Below the pieces are notes generated by a model. That model worked only from the letters and a program-made list of their open reading frames with translations, was not told the DNA's origin and did no database searches. Of a stretch of 64,000 nt of DNA, positions 1-13,521 are shown in pieces; the first letter of the stretch is position 1; each line of letters starts with the position of its first letter. The translations under genes and the position numbers were made by a program. Source of the DNA: Balanoglossus misakiensis (lineage: Eukaryota; Animalia; Hemichordata); contig CM082576.2 of the NCBI GenBank assembly GCA_040954595.2, forward strand, positions 8,621,129 to 8,685,128. Direction: 5' to 3'.

Positions 1-2712
1 CATCCCCAGCTAGACTAATTTTGCTGAAATCAGATTAGAGATCGATTTTGTGGAAGCAAGATATATTGAGGTCTGCGAACAGCCTGATGAAGTAAGTTAC
101 GATTAGGGAAGTTTGAGGGAAGTTCGGATGCCTGATCGGGTGGAATGGACGAGCGGATGTCTACCGCCTGGTTGAAGCGCGGGTAACCAAGACAACGGAA
201 GAAGTAAATGCCCCCTCTACCGCCCAAATGCGAAAAGTGCCCCTTTAAGTACGAAATACGCTCTGGATTGTTTTTCGCGATTTCCACAAAGACCTATTTT
301 GCATGAACGATCACGAGTGACCTGTGTCTCCACGTGACGGTGTTATGAAATGAACATGGCCAGAACTCCTTATTAAAACAGCTGAATCTGGAAATAAACA
401 CTTGTGCGAGGCATTGTCAAAACTTCTTGGATGTTGCGAATGACATGAAAGTGCCATTACGAAGTCCATTAAAAAACGACTTTCTATATCATCCACATCA
501 CTTGAGCTCGAGATTGGGGGTGAAAAATGAAAAGCGGCTGTCAAGGTTTCGCTCCTTTGTGGTTGTTAAAACAAGCGATCGTCAACACGTTGTGGCCGAT
601 TATAAGAGCGTATTCGAGTGATTGTATACAAAGTACGAAGATGATAGGAGCCAGCCCGCCGGTCTCACGCGACCACTGTTCGAGTGTAATGACGAGAAAG
701 ACAAGCGGCATTCATCTCTCGACGGTCTGTGGAGACTCCAATCAAACCCGTATCCTCCCATTTCACTTCGCTCCATCTCACAACAACGGGAGCACCGTGC
801 CAGTAATTGGGGGTATTTCCAAATATGATTAGGGCCTTCCTCCTTTGATGGGACGCCACCTTTAAAAAAAAAACCACTCCCTGCGGTGTTTGACATTTTT
901 AATTGAGACTGATGGCTTGTTCGTAAAGTGTTCCCATCTGTGTAAGAACAAGCTTAACCTCCCTTGTAAAGTCATCCATATCCGCCAAACAGCAGTGCGT
1001 AAAAAAACCCTAATGACGTCCCCCGAACAGATTTCTTTTTTGTTTTCCCTCATGTGATCGTAAGATCGTGATGGATGTCTGACAAGAGATCATCCCTTAT
1101 TTGAGCTATTTTCCTTTCATTAATGACAAAACACAAAAAGGCACAAAACAAAATCAACACGACGACTCCGATGGGTGTTATAAAATCGACCGTGTGTTAT
1201 TTTATAATTAATAAGTTATCAACACTGAACAAACAGATTCGCCGCTATTAATCACCCCGGTGTCTGGCTAGTTACCTGTCTCAGGTACATTGATTGATTT
1301 CTGCTCAATCCGCGTAGAGTATGTGAAAAAGGGGGAAACCGCAGCGGCCATCGCTGTCAGTTGCAAGACGGCGATTTGGTTATGGTCGTGGTCAATTTCA
1401 ACCGAGTGTGCTCGTTCGGGATACAGGCCAAGGAATTGTGAACTGCACATACGACGGCACATTTACAACACTTCCGAGAGGTGTGTCGTGTGTTTTTTTC
1501 AATTGATTGTTAAATATTTGGAGTTTACATTTGTTTAGTTTGCCGTGTCACCAGATCCTTATCTGCGGAGGAAGGGAGATTTTGTTTCTAAATTTAGAAA
1601 TTTGACGCAATCTTTTTTTTTTTTCTGGTGTGCGTAGGTGTTCATAATTGTGAATCAAGCATATATTATATGCGAGTCCCAAGCTTAGCTTTATTCTTGC
1701 AATTTTGTTGGCGGGAGCAGGATCGAGAACGTCACACTACTTAAAAGGAAAATCTAGCATCGTGTACGTATATTACATTCCTTCTTGTTGTTGTTTTGTG
1801 CAAGGTGTAGGTACACGCGTAGTTGCTGCCTGTCCGGAAAAAAAGAGGATACGCGATTTCAAGGAAACTGACATCAGCGCCGCTCTGCGTTACCAAGCAA
1901 CAGTGGATACAACCGACAGATCCAATTCATTCATTAGGTCCATACGTCATCGTGGGGCTTTCTTACGTCACGCGCCCCCCGCGCCAATCCTGTTTCGCGG
2001 ACATGCATCAGAAGACGCGAAGTCTACCCCCACTCCCTCAAAAGTCCCATGGTTGCGGTTTAATTCAATTTTTTTTCAGCGCGAAAGCGCGCATGTAGAA
2101 TTTGGTCGTTGTTTCTCTCTAGCTCTCTCGGTGTGTCTCTGTCTCTTCAACGATTAAAGATGTGCGTCACATCTTTTGCGCCTCTGCGACAAACGCCATT
2201 GCAGCAGAGTCGGCCAGACCAACCTCTGACATTTGCCTCTCAACCATTATACCGCAGCAGAGAATAGAAATATCATAGTTTGGTTCTAATTACCACAGAT
2301 GCCGATACATTTCCATGGGGCAATCACACAACTCCTTTTCCGTCGTCGGTTTTTTTTTCAATTACAGAAAATGTATACGTCAGCTATAAGCACCATCAAC
2401 GTACAGGATTTGCTTATACCCACCACAATAGTGTCTTAGAAATCGAAATAGAAGAGTCTTATTCTCATCGCGGCTAACACAAAATACAGGCGACCAAATT
2501 ACTCTGACTTTTATACACACGGCCTGCGCAGCCAGTTCTCTGTGACAGAGAAATTGCCGACTTACACATTTCAGAAATACTTTCAAAAATTGCTGCAAGG
2601 TTTTTCACCCAATCTATGAGGAGAAAAAAAACACCCTTTCTTTCTCTCTTTCTGTTTCTAGCGAAGACGAGGAACACGGGCGAAGATTGGCGATTAGGTA
2701 GATATTACTAGA

Positions 2713-2827
2713 ATGAAAATTCAAGAAATCGTTGGATTAGCGATAATCTTCGTTTTATCTGTACTAATATGGAGAATAGACTGCCAACGCACCCGTTACT
2801 GGCAACGGCCTGGTTGCCACCTTGTAG
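2713..2827 (+). CDS. GPA2: Glycoprotein hormone alpha-2 (thyrostimulin alpha), coding exon 1: signal peptide plus WQRPGCHLVG
   Basis: ATG at 2713, hydrophobic signal peptide MKIQEIVGLAIIFVLSVLIWRIDC, GPA2-type motif W-x-x-PGCHLVG, then donor G|GTAAGT at 2828 (phase 1). A pyrimidine tract plus TAG at about 2635-2661 suggests an upstream non-coding exon. Confidence 0.93.
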
Positions 2828-4459
2828 GTAAGTGTGTCCCCAACGATTTCGAAACTTCTATCGCGGTCACTCCACCACGGTGGAGTGACCGTGCTTCTAT
2901 CTAGTATCATGGGGGAGAGGGGTGGTTGTACGGTCTTGAACTGTCTACACTGAGAAGTTTTTTAACACTGTATAAACGTGATAAACACCTTTGCCGTTAA
3001 AAGTCGATTTCTTACGAGCGAATTAGCCATCGACAGAAGTGGCAATTACTTGCCAGTGTGAAAACTTGACCCCTTGGCTGTGTGGAGTGTATGCATTAAA
3101 ACACTCCAGGATCCATTAGTATTGGGTGATACAGAGTGGATGGTTTCCCTCGTTAACCGTTTAGAGGGGACGGGAAGAGGGGGAGGGGGAGTTGGTATGC
3201 AGGATGAGGAGAACGGTGTCCACACACATTGATTCGATGTGACATTAGCGTGGGGTGACGCGTTGTCGAGGTATTACAGGTTACTTCAAGTCATTAGGCA
3301 ACAACCTAAGGAAACAGACAACACTTACGGTTTTATATGTACCTGAATGAACAGTAATGCAAAGTACACGCGTCACTTGGATAAGTTTAAGCACCGGTTT
3401 TAGGAAAAGACTTAACTGAGATTTCCTCGGCCCGGGGTTGGCTGTTTCATTATCGTTGGGGTTCGATAACCGCAAGTGTTTTAAAAAAACAACGGTCTCA
3501 GTGAAACGAAATCACTGTGCCACTAAATTAAGGCCAGGGGGAAACGTACTTTCCACGCAAAGAGTCGCCGAATTTCTGTAACCCTCCTCCCCCTCGATCA
3601 CTCTGCATTTGAGGTGGGCTACTAGCCACTCACGACAATTTCCAACCCTGCCCTACCCAAGCTTCTTGCAGTCTGCGAGACGATTCGACTGAGTTGGTCG
3701 TGCACAAGAGATAATAGATAACCAAGGATTTGAGTCGTCGTCTGTGTCGTCATTATTCCTCGAATTTCGGTGGAATGCGCCGGAGGAGGGGGGGAGGGGG
3801 CAGACGTGGGTTGTAGAGCATGGATGGGCCATCTGAAGTTGTTGCCATCGTTGCTAGACATAACACACTGTGCCACGTACCTCGCAAGTACATAGACTGT
3901 AGTGTAGAGTGTAGTGTATAATGTGGTGTACTTAAAATCGCAAAGTGTTAACAAATCCAAACCATCAGTTACTTGACGTCAGCCGGACGAATTTACGATA
4001 GACTATACATGGAAACCAAATTAAAGTAAACTGGGACAATTGCCTCGAATAAGATAACCATACCGACACAAATTGGCTTCCATTTTCATTCGTTAATTGT
4101 TTGAGAATCCGCCACTAAAGCAGACATTTTCCGCAACTTTCAGTGCACTTGAGTAGAATCCGTACAAATCTATATGAACCTATAGAAAACAAAGATTAGC
4201 TGAGGCGCTGGTGTAGCTACAATCAAATAAGGGATTACTGTTTCCCGACTTTATTGGGTTAACTTCGACGACCGTGCAATTCGGATTCGCAAAGAAGTCA
4301 ATAATCGTGATGAGTATGTCAGGAGCAGAGAGTAAGAGCAAATATTTTATTAGCCACACAACACAGAAAGTCATGATTAACTGTGTGCGTCGTACGTGTG
4401 AGCTTTACATCTCTATCCATTCTTATTTCCATTCAATATTCTCATATTTATTCACCCAG

Positions 4460-4638
4460 GCTACGTCAAAACAGTGCGGGTTCCAGAGTGCCACGAGGAA
4501 CAGGTTAGGATGAATGCGTGCCGGGGATACTGTACTTCCTATTCCTACCTATCATCATCGGCGACACTCGAGGCCACTGGAGGAACCCACGTTTTCACAG
4601 CTAAAGGCTCGTGTTGTACTATTGAGCAAACACACGAT
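4460..4638 (+). CDS. GPA2: GPA2 coding exon 2 (YVKTVRVPECHEEQVRMNACRGYCTSYSYLSSSATLEATGGTHVFTAKGSCCTIEQTHD)
   Basis: Acceptor ttcacccAG|G at 4458-4459, frame-compatible with the phase-1 intron. Contains cystine-knot motifs NACRGYC and SCCT. Donor GTAAGT at 4639 (phase 0). Confidence 0.95.
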
Positions 4639-4692
4639 GTAAGTAGCCAATGTGCGTGTGTCACGTGACTTGTGGATGTATATACTAGTAGT

Positions 4693-4774
4693 TAGATAGC
4701 TAGATAGACATACAGACAGACAGATAGATAGATGGTACATAGATACATACATAGATAGATACATATATAGATAC
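4693..4774. repeat. Degenerate (GATA/GACA/CATA)n tetranucleotide microsatellite in GPA2 intron 2
   Basis: tagatagctagatagacatacagacagacagatagatagat... read directly. Confidence 0.85.
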
Positions 4775-5270
4775 GTAGAGAAGAATGTCTTGATGGACAG
4801 ATGTTGGTAAACACACAGTATACACGTTTTGATTTTGAATTGATGTTACTCTAAGTGACGTTAGTGGGCTTCGCGATAAAGTTCAATCAAACTATAATGT
4901 GACTATCCCTCGACGGCGACGCTGGTTCTAACCGTGACGTCATTCCGCGGCGAGTGCGTAATATCGGAGGCATATACATTCATTTCCTTGCACCATTAAC
5001 CAATTTCGACTCCCTTTCCCCTTGCACTAATTATTGATTTCGCCAAATTTGTGATATTTTTTCCTCTGTACCATGTAAAGAGTTGGGGGGGGGGGGGAGA
5101 AATAAACGCAAATGGCGCTTTGACAGTGACGCGTCCCCGAGACAACAGATTTACTTAGGTATTAAGTCTCTGAGAGGCTTGGCGGGAAATGCGTAATCTT
5201 TGTGTGTATTTCAAACTGGGAAACAACTGTCACCATGAAAGTTAACTTCATATTTTTTTTCACTCAACAG

Positions 5271-5366
5271 GTTGCCGTCACATTGCAATGCATCAACGGA
5301 CGAACCTATCGGGATATCTTCAAGTCAGCTGCGTCTTGTGTCTGCGGGATTTGCGACAGAGACTAG
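5271..5366 (+). CDS. GPA2: GPA2 coding exon 3 (VAVTLQCINGRTYRDIFKSAASCVCGICDRD-stop)
   Basis: Poly-T tract and caacAG acceptor ending at 5270. Encodes the SA-x-x-C-x-C-x-x-C C-terminus typical of GPA2; TAG at 5364-5366. The spliced protein is 129 aa with 10 mature-chain Cys. Not in the ORF track. Confidence 0.93.
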   Translation, partial: VAVTLQCINGRTYRDIFKSAASCVCGICDRD

Positions 5367-6564
5367 AAGTTTTACGCGCACCTTGTTATTTTTTTATTTC
5401 TTTTCCCTCTTTATGGAGTAGGGACCACCAGCCTGTGTACACAAAGTAGTGTCGTTCACCCAGATGCAGTCTGGGAACTGGGCATCCGGATGAAAGCAGC
5501 AGAACTCGTCGCGCGCTCCGCCATACACTTCCGGACACGTAGTAACTAGCTCTTACTAAGTTTCACCACAGAATGTATATAAATTATGTACCTGTCGGTC
5601 ATGTAGACGTTTGATTTTCGTGTGGTGTGAGCGGGCGACGAAGCTGGCTTGTCCGGATGGCCAATGAACAGCGCACCAGTATCGGTGCGACACTGCCTAC
5701 AATTTCCTTTATTACAAACACCAGTGATGCCACCCCTGAAAAAGGCCCGCTTTCCTTCGATGATATATACTAGTATGTAAAAATCAACCCGGGAAGGTAA
5801 CATCCAGAAAGAATATCAGCACGGACAAGTCAACACAACGCAAAATAATCTGGCGTACTACATGTATTACAGAAATCGCCCCCACCCCCTCCCACCTCCA
5901 GCGGGCCAACACGCTCTCAGCACAGAGAAATCAAAATCTCCGGCAGGCTGACACACGCTAACGTGAAGAGCAACTTTCAAACCAAGAGCCTTTTTACCCA
6001 GTGGTACTACAGATGATGTTGTTTTATTGTCAACAACCATGATGGATACCCTCCCCTTGTGGAAAGAGAAAACTTACTCATGAATCACAATATTTTTTCA
6101 TTAAGTATAAGTATGAACGGGTAATAACAAGCGCCCAAAGAGAAAAGCTACAATCGACAGAAAACTTATGAATATTTATGATTAAACCGGATAAAAATCG
6201 ATAACTCAATTAGTGGCGCCTGTAGATTAGACCGTTTTCCCCCCTTAAGTTTGTTGACATTTTCCTTCTTTTTGAAATATCACATAAATATAGATATCAT
6301 TTTTGTCAATGCAAACTCTATTTTTTCTCTCTGTACGCGTGTTTATTTGAAAGTACCACACCCCTGTTCTATTTTTTATTTGAGTTGAGTGCAGCTTCTG
6401 GATACACATTACACTGCGGCAACGTATTTTTATTGTAGGTCATCACCGTTTTTTTATGATTTACAACACTTCATTCAGTTTTCAAATGTCACAACGGCCA
6501 TTTATTTATTAATATATTGCTTCTAGTTTTTGTCATACTTCCAAGGTTAATTGTACATTATTGT

Positions 6565-6570
6565 AATAAA
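6565..6570 (+). promoter_or_regulatory. Candidate GPA2 polyadenylation signal
   Basis: AATAAA at the end of a long AT/T-rich 3' UTR-like stretch about 1.2 kb downstream of the stop codon. Confidence 0.45.
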
Positions 6571-9500
6571 ATATTTCTCTCGTAAGACCGGGCGTGACGG
6601 TGTCGTTCTAGTGCCCTGCACTAAACCGACCCCGAAGGATTGCTATCGTCGTGTTTGCCGTCTATATAGCCAGATTAATCTCTCCTCGTTCGTCGGTGTC
6701 GACATCTAACCAAGCACGAAGGTCAATGCCTTAATGTCACGAGAGGGAGAGAACTGTTTTTGAAAAAAAACATCTAATCCAATTTATTAACATCTGCTAA
6801 ATAAATTGTAAGAAAAATATGTCTGGGGAGTTCTTCATATTCCCGCGCTGACGGTAATTCACACGGTGCCGCCATCACTTGGGAATTTATGTGTAACCTA
6901 ATTCGAGTTCTCGCATACCGCGAGATGTTCACGGGCAAAACTTTTTTTCTCTCTCTCGCTCTCTTTCTCTCTCAACTGCATGGTCCAACTGTACTCTCTG
7001 CGGCCTGCTTCATCTTCTGGTCGGTCCATTAACCCTCTTACACCTGAGCGTGGAGAAAATGGGCTCCTTCTCCAGATTCCACCAATGGTTTAACTTCTCG
7101 CCGAACATTGAATGCTGGGGAAATGTGGGCAACCAACGCGATTTCTTTCCTCCAGTGAGATTGCAGTCTTTGAACCACTGGCAACTTTCAAACGTCATCG
7201 GATCGGTGGATGGTCTTGCAGACTTGGTCGTCAGACTGGCAAGGCGGCTTTGGTCAGCAGAAGTGCGAAATCAAAATGTGAAACGTCGATCAGATCAAGC
7301 TGATTACGAATTTCAAATGTCATCATGAAAACTGGAAAAAATACCTGTAACATACATGACTCATATTCTCTAATCGGGAAATGGATAAACATTGGCGTGT
7401 GATCCGGATTGTGCCTTAATTAAGTCTTACACTTCTTCATCTACACAATAATAGATGGGTATGCCTGTCTGCTGGACTTTTCGTAAGGGCACGGTAACGG
7501 AGTCATTTAGTCGTTGAACAAGATACTAGCACAGCAGTTGATACAGGGAAACAAAATTGATCTACTCTCCCTGCATCTTGCAATCCCAGAGATATCCAAA
7601 TTGATGCTGGGAAAAGAGTCCCAGTTTTTGAAAGTGTAATGTTATTAGGTAGACTGTGCCTCAAAAATCGAATTCTTAAACTTTGATTTCAGAAGATAAG
7701 TTAACATTTTATGAACACAGCCGACAGGGGTGGGTGGGGATTGACATCAAGTGTACATTCGATTATGATTGATTTTATACAAAAATGATTATTGGCTTAA
7801 ACTGGGCAATTTATGACCGGATTTGACGGACTGTGATAAATATAGAAACTATAGAGCTGGCAATGAATGAATAAGATTAAAACATGCGAACAATACGTCG
7901 CCCTTGATTATCAGAATTCTTCTCAATGTGTTGTCTCAGTGTTCGTTGTATGGCCGGACAAAATCTGTCAGACACCACAAATGGCTCAAAAAATCCATTT
8001 CTCTTCTATTTATTTTAAACGCGAGATAAAGATTGGAATGGTATTTCTGTCCGTCTGACGATGCACCAAAGTGTGGTTTAATGCGCAAACGCAGTTACGG
8101 CTACCAGGTTCAGTGACCGACCCCGAAATCTCACTACGGGAGAAGGCGAGAGATTCGACGTTCATGTGCATTGTAGTCTGGTAATTTACGAACGAATGAA
8201 ATCTCACAGACGTTGACGCCGACGCCACTCAACCTTGGTACGTGACGAAGTTGGGAGCGAGTCCTACCCGTCTAATCAAGACACAGCCTGAGAAATATCA
8301 AAAAACTTTGTTGTCGGGGTGTTTTTGTTTGGACTGATATTTTTCTTCAGCAAAAAATCTTCTTGATTTCCGGCGTGAGCCTGAGTGATGGTCACGCGAC
8401 TGGGGTGTGATCGATGCTGGAAACGAGGGCATGCAAACCTGCTTGGGTGCATGCGCGGAAGTGGAAATTTCCCCCCCCCCCCCCTTTCGGTTGTATTTGT
8501 TGAAACGCCGCAGACATTCAAATCAGACCTATCTAATTCACCTCGGGTTGCATCACACACAAAGCAGTGACGTCATTGGCAGGCTGTTGGCACGGTACGG
8601 GGATTGTCGCGCCTCTGTGATGACGTCTTCACGGTCCCTTTTATGGTGACAGGATGCCTTCGAGTGAAATTTCAACGTTTATGTACTTTTTGTCATTCGG
8701 TTTTGCAGAGACCGACTTTTTTTCAAGCACCCGCCATTTATCGTGTTCTCGCGGTATTTAATTACTATGACGTAAGAACCCGTATATACATGCAGTGTCG
8801 ATGCCCTTCCAAAATGATATATCGTTCTCTTAGACTGCATCACTTAAGATGGCAAACATGTAACATATGAAGTTCCATCAATGATACGCGCCACTTTGTT
8901 TTTAAGATAATAGTCGCAGATGGATGACCACTTTCCGGCAAAACTCTGTCAAACTGACATAATCGGCACTGAATGTGATTATTTTGAATGACTGTAAAGT
9001 TTAGTCGGTCACTCAGCATTTTCTGCTGAGCAAGTAAACTCACGTCAGACTGATACAAATATCTACCATTGGCAATACATAGAACGCAGCAAGAACGTCA
9101 CTCTTATTCAAAATAAACACAGAATCAAGCGAGGACTTCGAAAAAAATCGATTGCGCGGATGCTGTGTATTAAACAAACAAAGACGTTTGAAAGATGAAA
9201 AACAACGATGCAAAATCGATGCGGTCGATTGACTTGGCTGTCGTTTATTTAGTCCGTCGATTTCGCTGAGTACTTTAGATGGTGACTTTTCCCCCTTGAT
9301 GTTTTTTCCCTCGGTTTTGTTTGCGAACGAACATCGCGGCGGGTTGACGGTTAAAGCAACTGAGTGGGTGTCTCGCGAGACACAATTTGTGTCGGCAACA
9401 GCGTTAGCATCGCATCGATCTCAGGGCTGGTGCTATGAGTCCGCTGAGGGAATTTTATGGAGTGGCGATACGATACCGAGCCGCCTGGACCGTGACTGTG

Positions 9501-9869
9501 TGATTCCGTGCCCGCCAAAATCATCATGAAATCCCCGGTAAACCGTGATTGAACGGACGATTTGACTGCAGTGTTTAGTTCTGCTTGGCGCAGAGCGAGG
9601 CCCTTCCCCCACATATCAAGTACAGGTGATTTTCTTCGGGAGAACGCAGCCGTTTATCATCGGTTCCAAGAAATAGCGCCTGTGGGGGAAATACACAATC
9701 CACACAGACGTCTTCGCATTGCCAACTCAAAGGATCCACGGGGACGTAGTTTACAATAAAAAATAAAAGAAGTCTCCCTAAAAGCTTTTTTGTCCTTTGT
9801 GTTTCATTCCTTATATGATATGACAGTTATGTGCATCACAATTCTACAAAAAGCGAAAGGATATCAGGT

Positions 9870-10710
9870 GAATATGCCCTGCTTCCCAAAGAGTTGCGTA
9901 GTCGATTTGGCGGCCATATTGAATCTCAGTCAATTTGAGATCAACTCGTCTTATGGTTTGTACAGATTTAGTTAAGTAAAATAGTTTTAGTTTTTTTAAG
10001 TGGGTACATTGATCATCAGAACTTGTATGGCTATATAGAAGCCTATTGTAGTTTAACTAGATTCTGGTGGATGATATATTTAGTTTTTTTAAATAACACT
10101 ATACCTTAAAGTGTCGTCGAACCAAAATGTTTGAAGTTTGAAAGAAGAAACAGTGTGTCTTCAAAAGGAATGATTGAAGAAATGTAGGGGTGTGAAAGAT
10201 GACGATCCGTATAGACACTATTAAACATACAAAAATACCTGTGTATTTATCAGTACTGAAATATTTCATCCGTCGATGCAATAATATGACATAGCCTTGG
10301 CATTCGATGGTAACTTGATTTATTTTTCAAGATGACAAGAATGTTAAATGTCAATGTCGATTTCAATTAATCAGAACCGGGGATTTAGAACTGCAGCTTA
10401 AAGGGATACTTGCTAACAAATGCCGCCCTAGACAACCGCTTCAGAGATCAATGAAGCCATTATGTGCCGACCAAAAGTTGGTGAAATGCATCGCAGCAAT
10501 TTGTTGACCTCCCTAGGAAGGTAATGATACCAAATTTGATGAAACATGATACAGATATTTTTCTCACATACTATGATTAAATTGAGTTGAGAGATAGTTT
10601 GTAATCAATAAGGGGCAAATCTGCATATTTAATGAACTTTTGCAATTAGTGTTACACTTAAAGGGTTATACATGTAACATCAAATTTGATGAAAATTGCT
10701 CGCCGCTACG
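9870..10710. repeat. Probable degenerate interspersed repeat / MITE fragments
   Basis: Contains ggcggccatattgaat and a repeated caaatttgatgaaa (about 10531 and 10681), a style common in marine-invertebrate non-autonomous repeats. No coding signal. Boundaries approximate. Confidence 0.3.
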
Positions 10711-13521
10711 TCCACTGTCGCGTTACACAGGTTATGGACAGGAATACAAGCCAGGCGAGTATCGGCTTCTCGTGGTCCACGAGAATTCCAAACCTAAGTC
10801 GCGTATGTGTTCAACTCTGTCATCAAACCAAGAGTCGCTATTTTAGTCATCCGTTAAAAATGCTTTGCGGGCGAAAATTTGGAACCGTTTGTCTATGTCA
10901 ACTTTTACAAAGCGGCGGTTACTTCATCTCGTTCTCATTTCCTTTTAACGCTGTTTGCTTTGGTCGCGAGGTGTTATGCTAGTGACTCTGCCCTGTAAAA
11001 TGTGACTTTTCACCACATATGACAAATGTCCTTTTCACAGCAACCTCGGAAGGCGATTGCGTCACGCAAACGTACGTGGGCGAAACCGTTACGTCACTGT
11101 CGCCTCCGCAAGCACACCCTTGAACGTTCTGCAGCAGGTGGTGTTGGCGTAAATGGGAAAAGGTCACCCTCGCGCGGGTTTCTATCCCTCCCATTTTCAC
11201 CCATCCAAGATTAATACACTGGTGTGAAAACGTTTGTTTCGCAAGTTTCGAGACTTCCAAAAATTAACGCCGGATTCACACCAGCCGGTCGTCCAGAGGC
11301 GACGTTTTCTGCAGTTTGGATTTCAATCTCCGGGCCGCGCCGCCACAATTCCATGTCCACTCGCCATTACCAACAGACAGGCATGAAAATACATTAGAGC
11401 TCAATTGTTATATTTATTGCCTGGCAAAGTGTTTGTAACCGCCACTGTCAAGCTGTATTGCTAAAGCAGTTTACTACTGTAGAATCTGAGTATCCACTTC
11501 TTTGCGGGGATTTGCGACCTGGTTACTTAAATTGCTAATTTTACCCCCCCCCCCCCCCTTAGAAACATTTCCTACCGTTTGGGCATATCGTCCGTCTAAT
11601 CGCGAAGACTAACCACGCCCTGCGCGCGTCATTATTTTGGAATTTCGTCAACATATCTAATCGTTGTTCCTAGCCAATCTTGCTGATGCAAATGCTAATT
11701 AAAATGTTTTCCACCGTTTCGACTTTGATCGCAAAGTGGATAATCCATTGATAGCAGGGAACCATGGTCATGTTGGAAGCCCCCAAAACAGTTGTTCGAA
11801 AGCTCTTACACGGTCTTTAGGAGCTTAGGATAAAACACACCGATCTACTTAAACGAATTACGATCTTGTTTTTCACAAAATAATTCTAATGATATCATAA
11901 CATCAATTTATCGAAGTATTAGCGAAGGTACGCTAATACCCCTGAATTAGAGAACACAGACTGAAGGCCGGGATCAAATCTTGCAGATGATCATAAAGGC
12001 TTTCTTGACTTCAAGCCTCAGTACACACACAGCAATTAGTACAACCCCAAGAGAAGGATTTCGATTATTACCCTTTTAACGGATAAAGTGCTATGTTATG
12101 ATTATGACGGAAACTGGCGATTGTTTACTTCACAGATGAGCCCCCGATGAGTTACGTAAACGTTTCTCAGTTTGAAGAGGTCGATTCCGTTCACATTACA
12201 AGAGTTTTTGAGACTCACAACGATGTCAAAACTTTCTCGGGGGAGGGGCGAGCAAACTGGACATGATTTGGCACTATTGAAAACAGTCTGGAATCTGCTG
12301 CTGTTTTTGCATGCCTCTCTTCATCACACCCACGCATAGCACAATTGGATTTATTTGAATTTTCAAATTGCTAGTGGAGAGAAAGAGTAAGCAAGATAGA
12401 GAAAGAGAAAGCAAGAGAAAGCAAGAGAGTGTATGGGGCCTTCTTCTTAAAATCAATCACAAACGATATTAAATCTCCATATGCCTAGGGTAAAGTTACA
12501 GTCAAGGCTATGGATAGTACAATCTGCCACGCCTAGGCTACAACGTCACACCCAATTATTGGAAGATTTCTCCCTATGATCTATGATTTACTTATAGGGG
12601 ACGCCTGAACGTCATCCTGCCACATTGGGTTGTTTTACTATGGATTTACACTTGTAGTTTGAAGGTTCGGGCATGTCTGAGTGCATGTTAACGGTGGCTC
12701 CAGGTGCACGGACAAACGGACGGCAAGGACGCATGAAAACCCTCAAGGTGTGCATCCACGGGGGACTAATTAAGAAGAGTACCTGATACTTTGCCCAGAT
12801 AGCCAAGAAACACACTCCAAGGCAACCCGTTCCCAAATCACCCCCGCGTCGTGTTTCGTCATCTAGCTATCAGAGCCATCCGAGCACGACACGAATTCTG
12901 GGCTGAAATTTGATCCTAAATCACGACGTCGAAATCAAAAATGACTAAATATAAATCCAAACGTTTACGCGGAAATTAACGGCCGAGAATAAATTACCCG
13001 GGCCGTTTATCACTCTCCGGGTGACATTATCACATCCTGCCGTGTCCACGCGACGATAAATCTCGTGTACCAGCTATAGCCTCGAGAATTTCCGAGAGTG
13101 GGAGAAAACCGCCCGACTTTCCAGGGGGGGATATGTGACCAGTTTTGGGGTACAGACTTTTATGTTCCTCCTAAATGCCAATAACTTCAAGGCACGCCGA
13201 GCTTTTAGACAAATGCTTTGAAGGCTTTCAGCTGACATTTAAAATCGTCCGTCGGAATCCCCATGTCAATGATGATATTCCACGTAAGACTTTAGCGATC
13301 TGCAGTAGCTAACAGCACATGTACTCTCAGAAAATGGAATGTTTTAAAGAATTATACGGATTACAATCGAGTAATTATTAGTATCCCAGGAATTATAAAC
13401 GCGCTGTCTACGCTATCTTTATTTTATAATTAAACGCACATTATGATGTTTTTGATATTATAAGGTGTGGACAAGGCAGTGCTGAAATGTGAGGCTGTGA
13501 AGAAAAAAAAACATATCAGAC

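Noticed and set aside
34-91. Possible small + strand exon (cAG ... GAA|GTAAGT) at the window start
   Set aside because: Weak pyrimidine tract, no recognisable peptide and no partner exon identified.
5815-5830. TCAGCACGGACA, resembling a REST/NRSE site near a neuroendocrine gene
   Set aside because: The spacing between half-sites is wrong and the right half is incomplete.
11503-11518. ~15-nt match (tgcggggatttgcgac) to GPA2 exon 3, a possible relic of a GPA2 duplicate
   Set aside because: Similarity does not extend on either side; compatible with chance.
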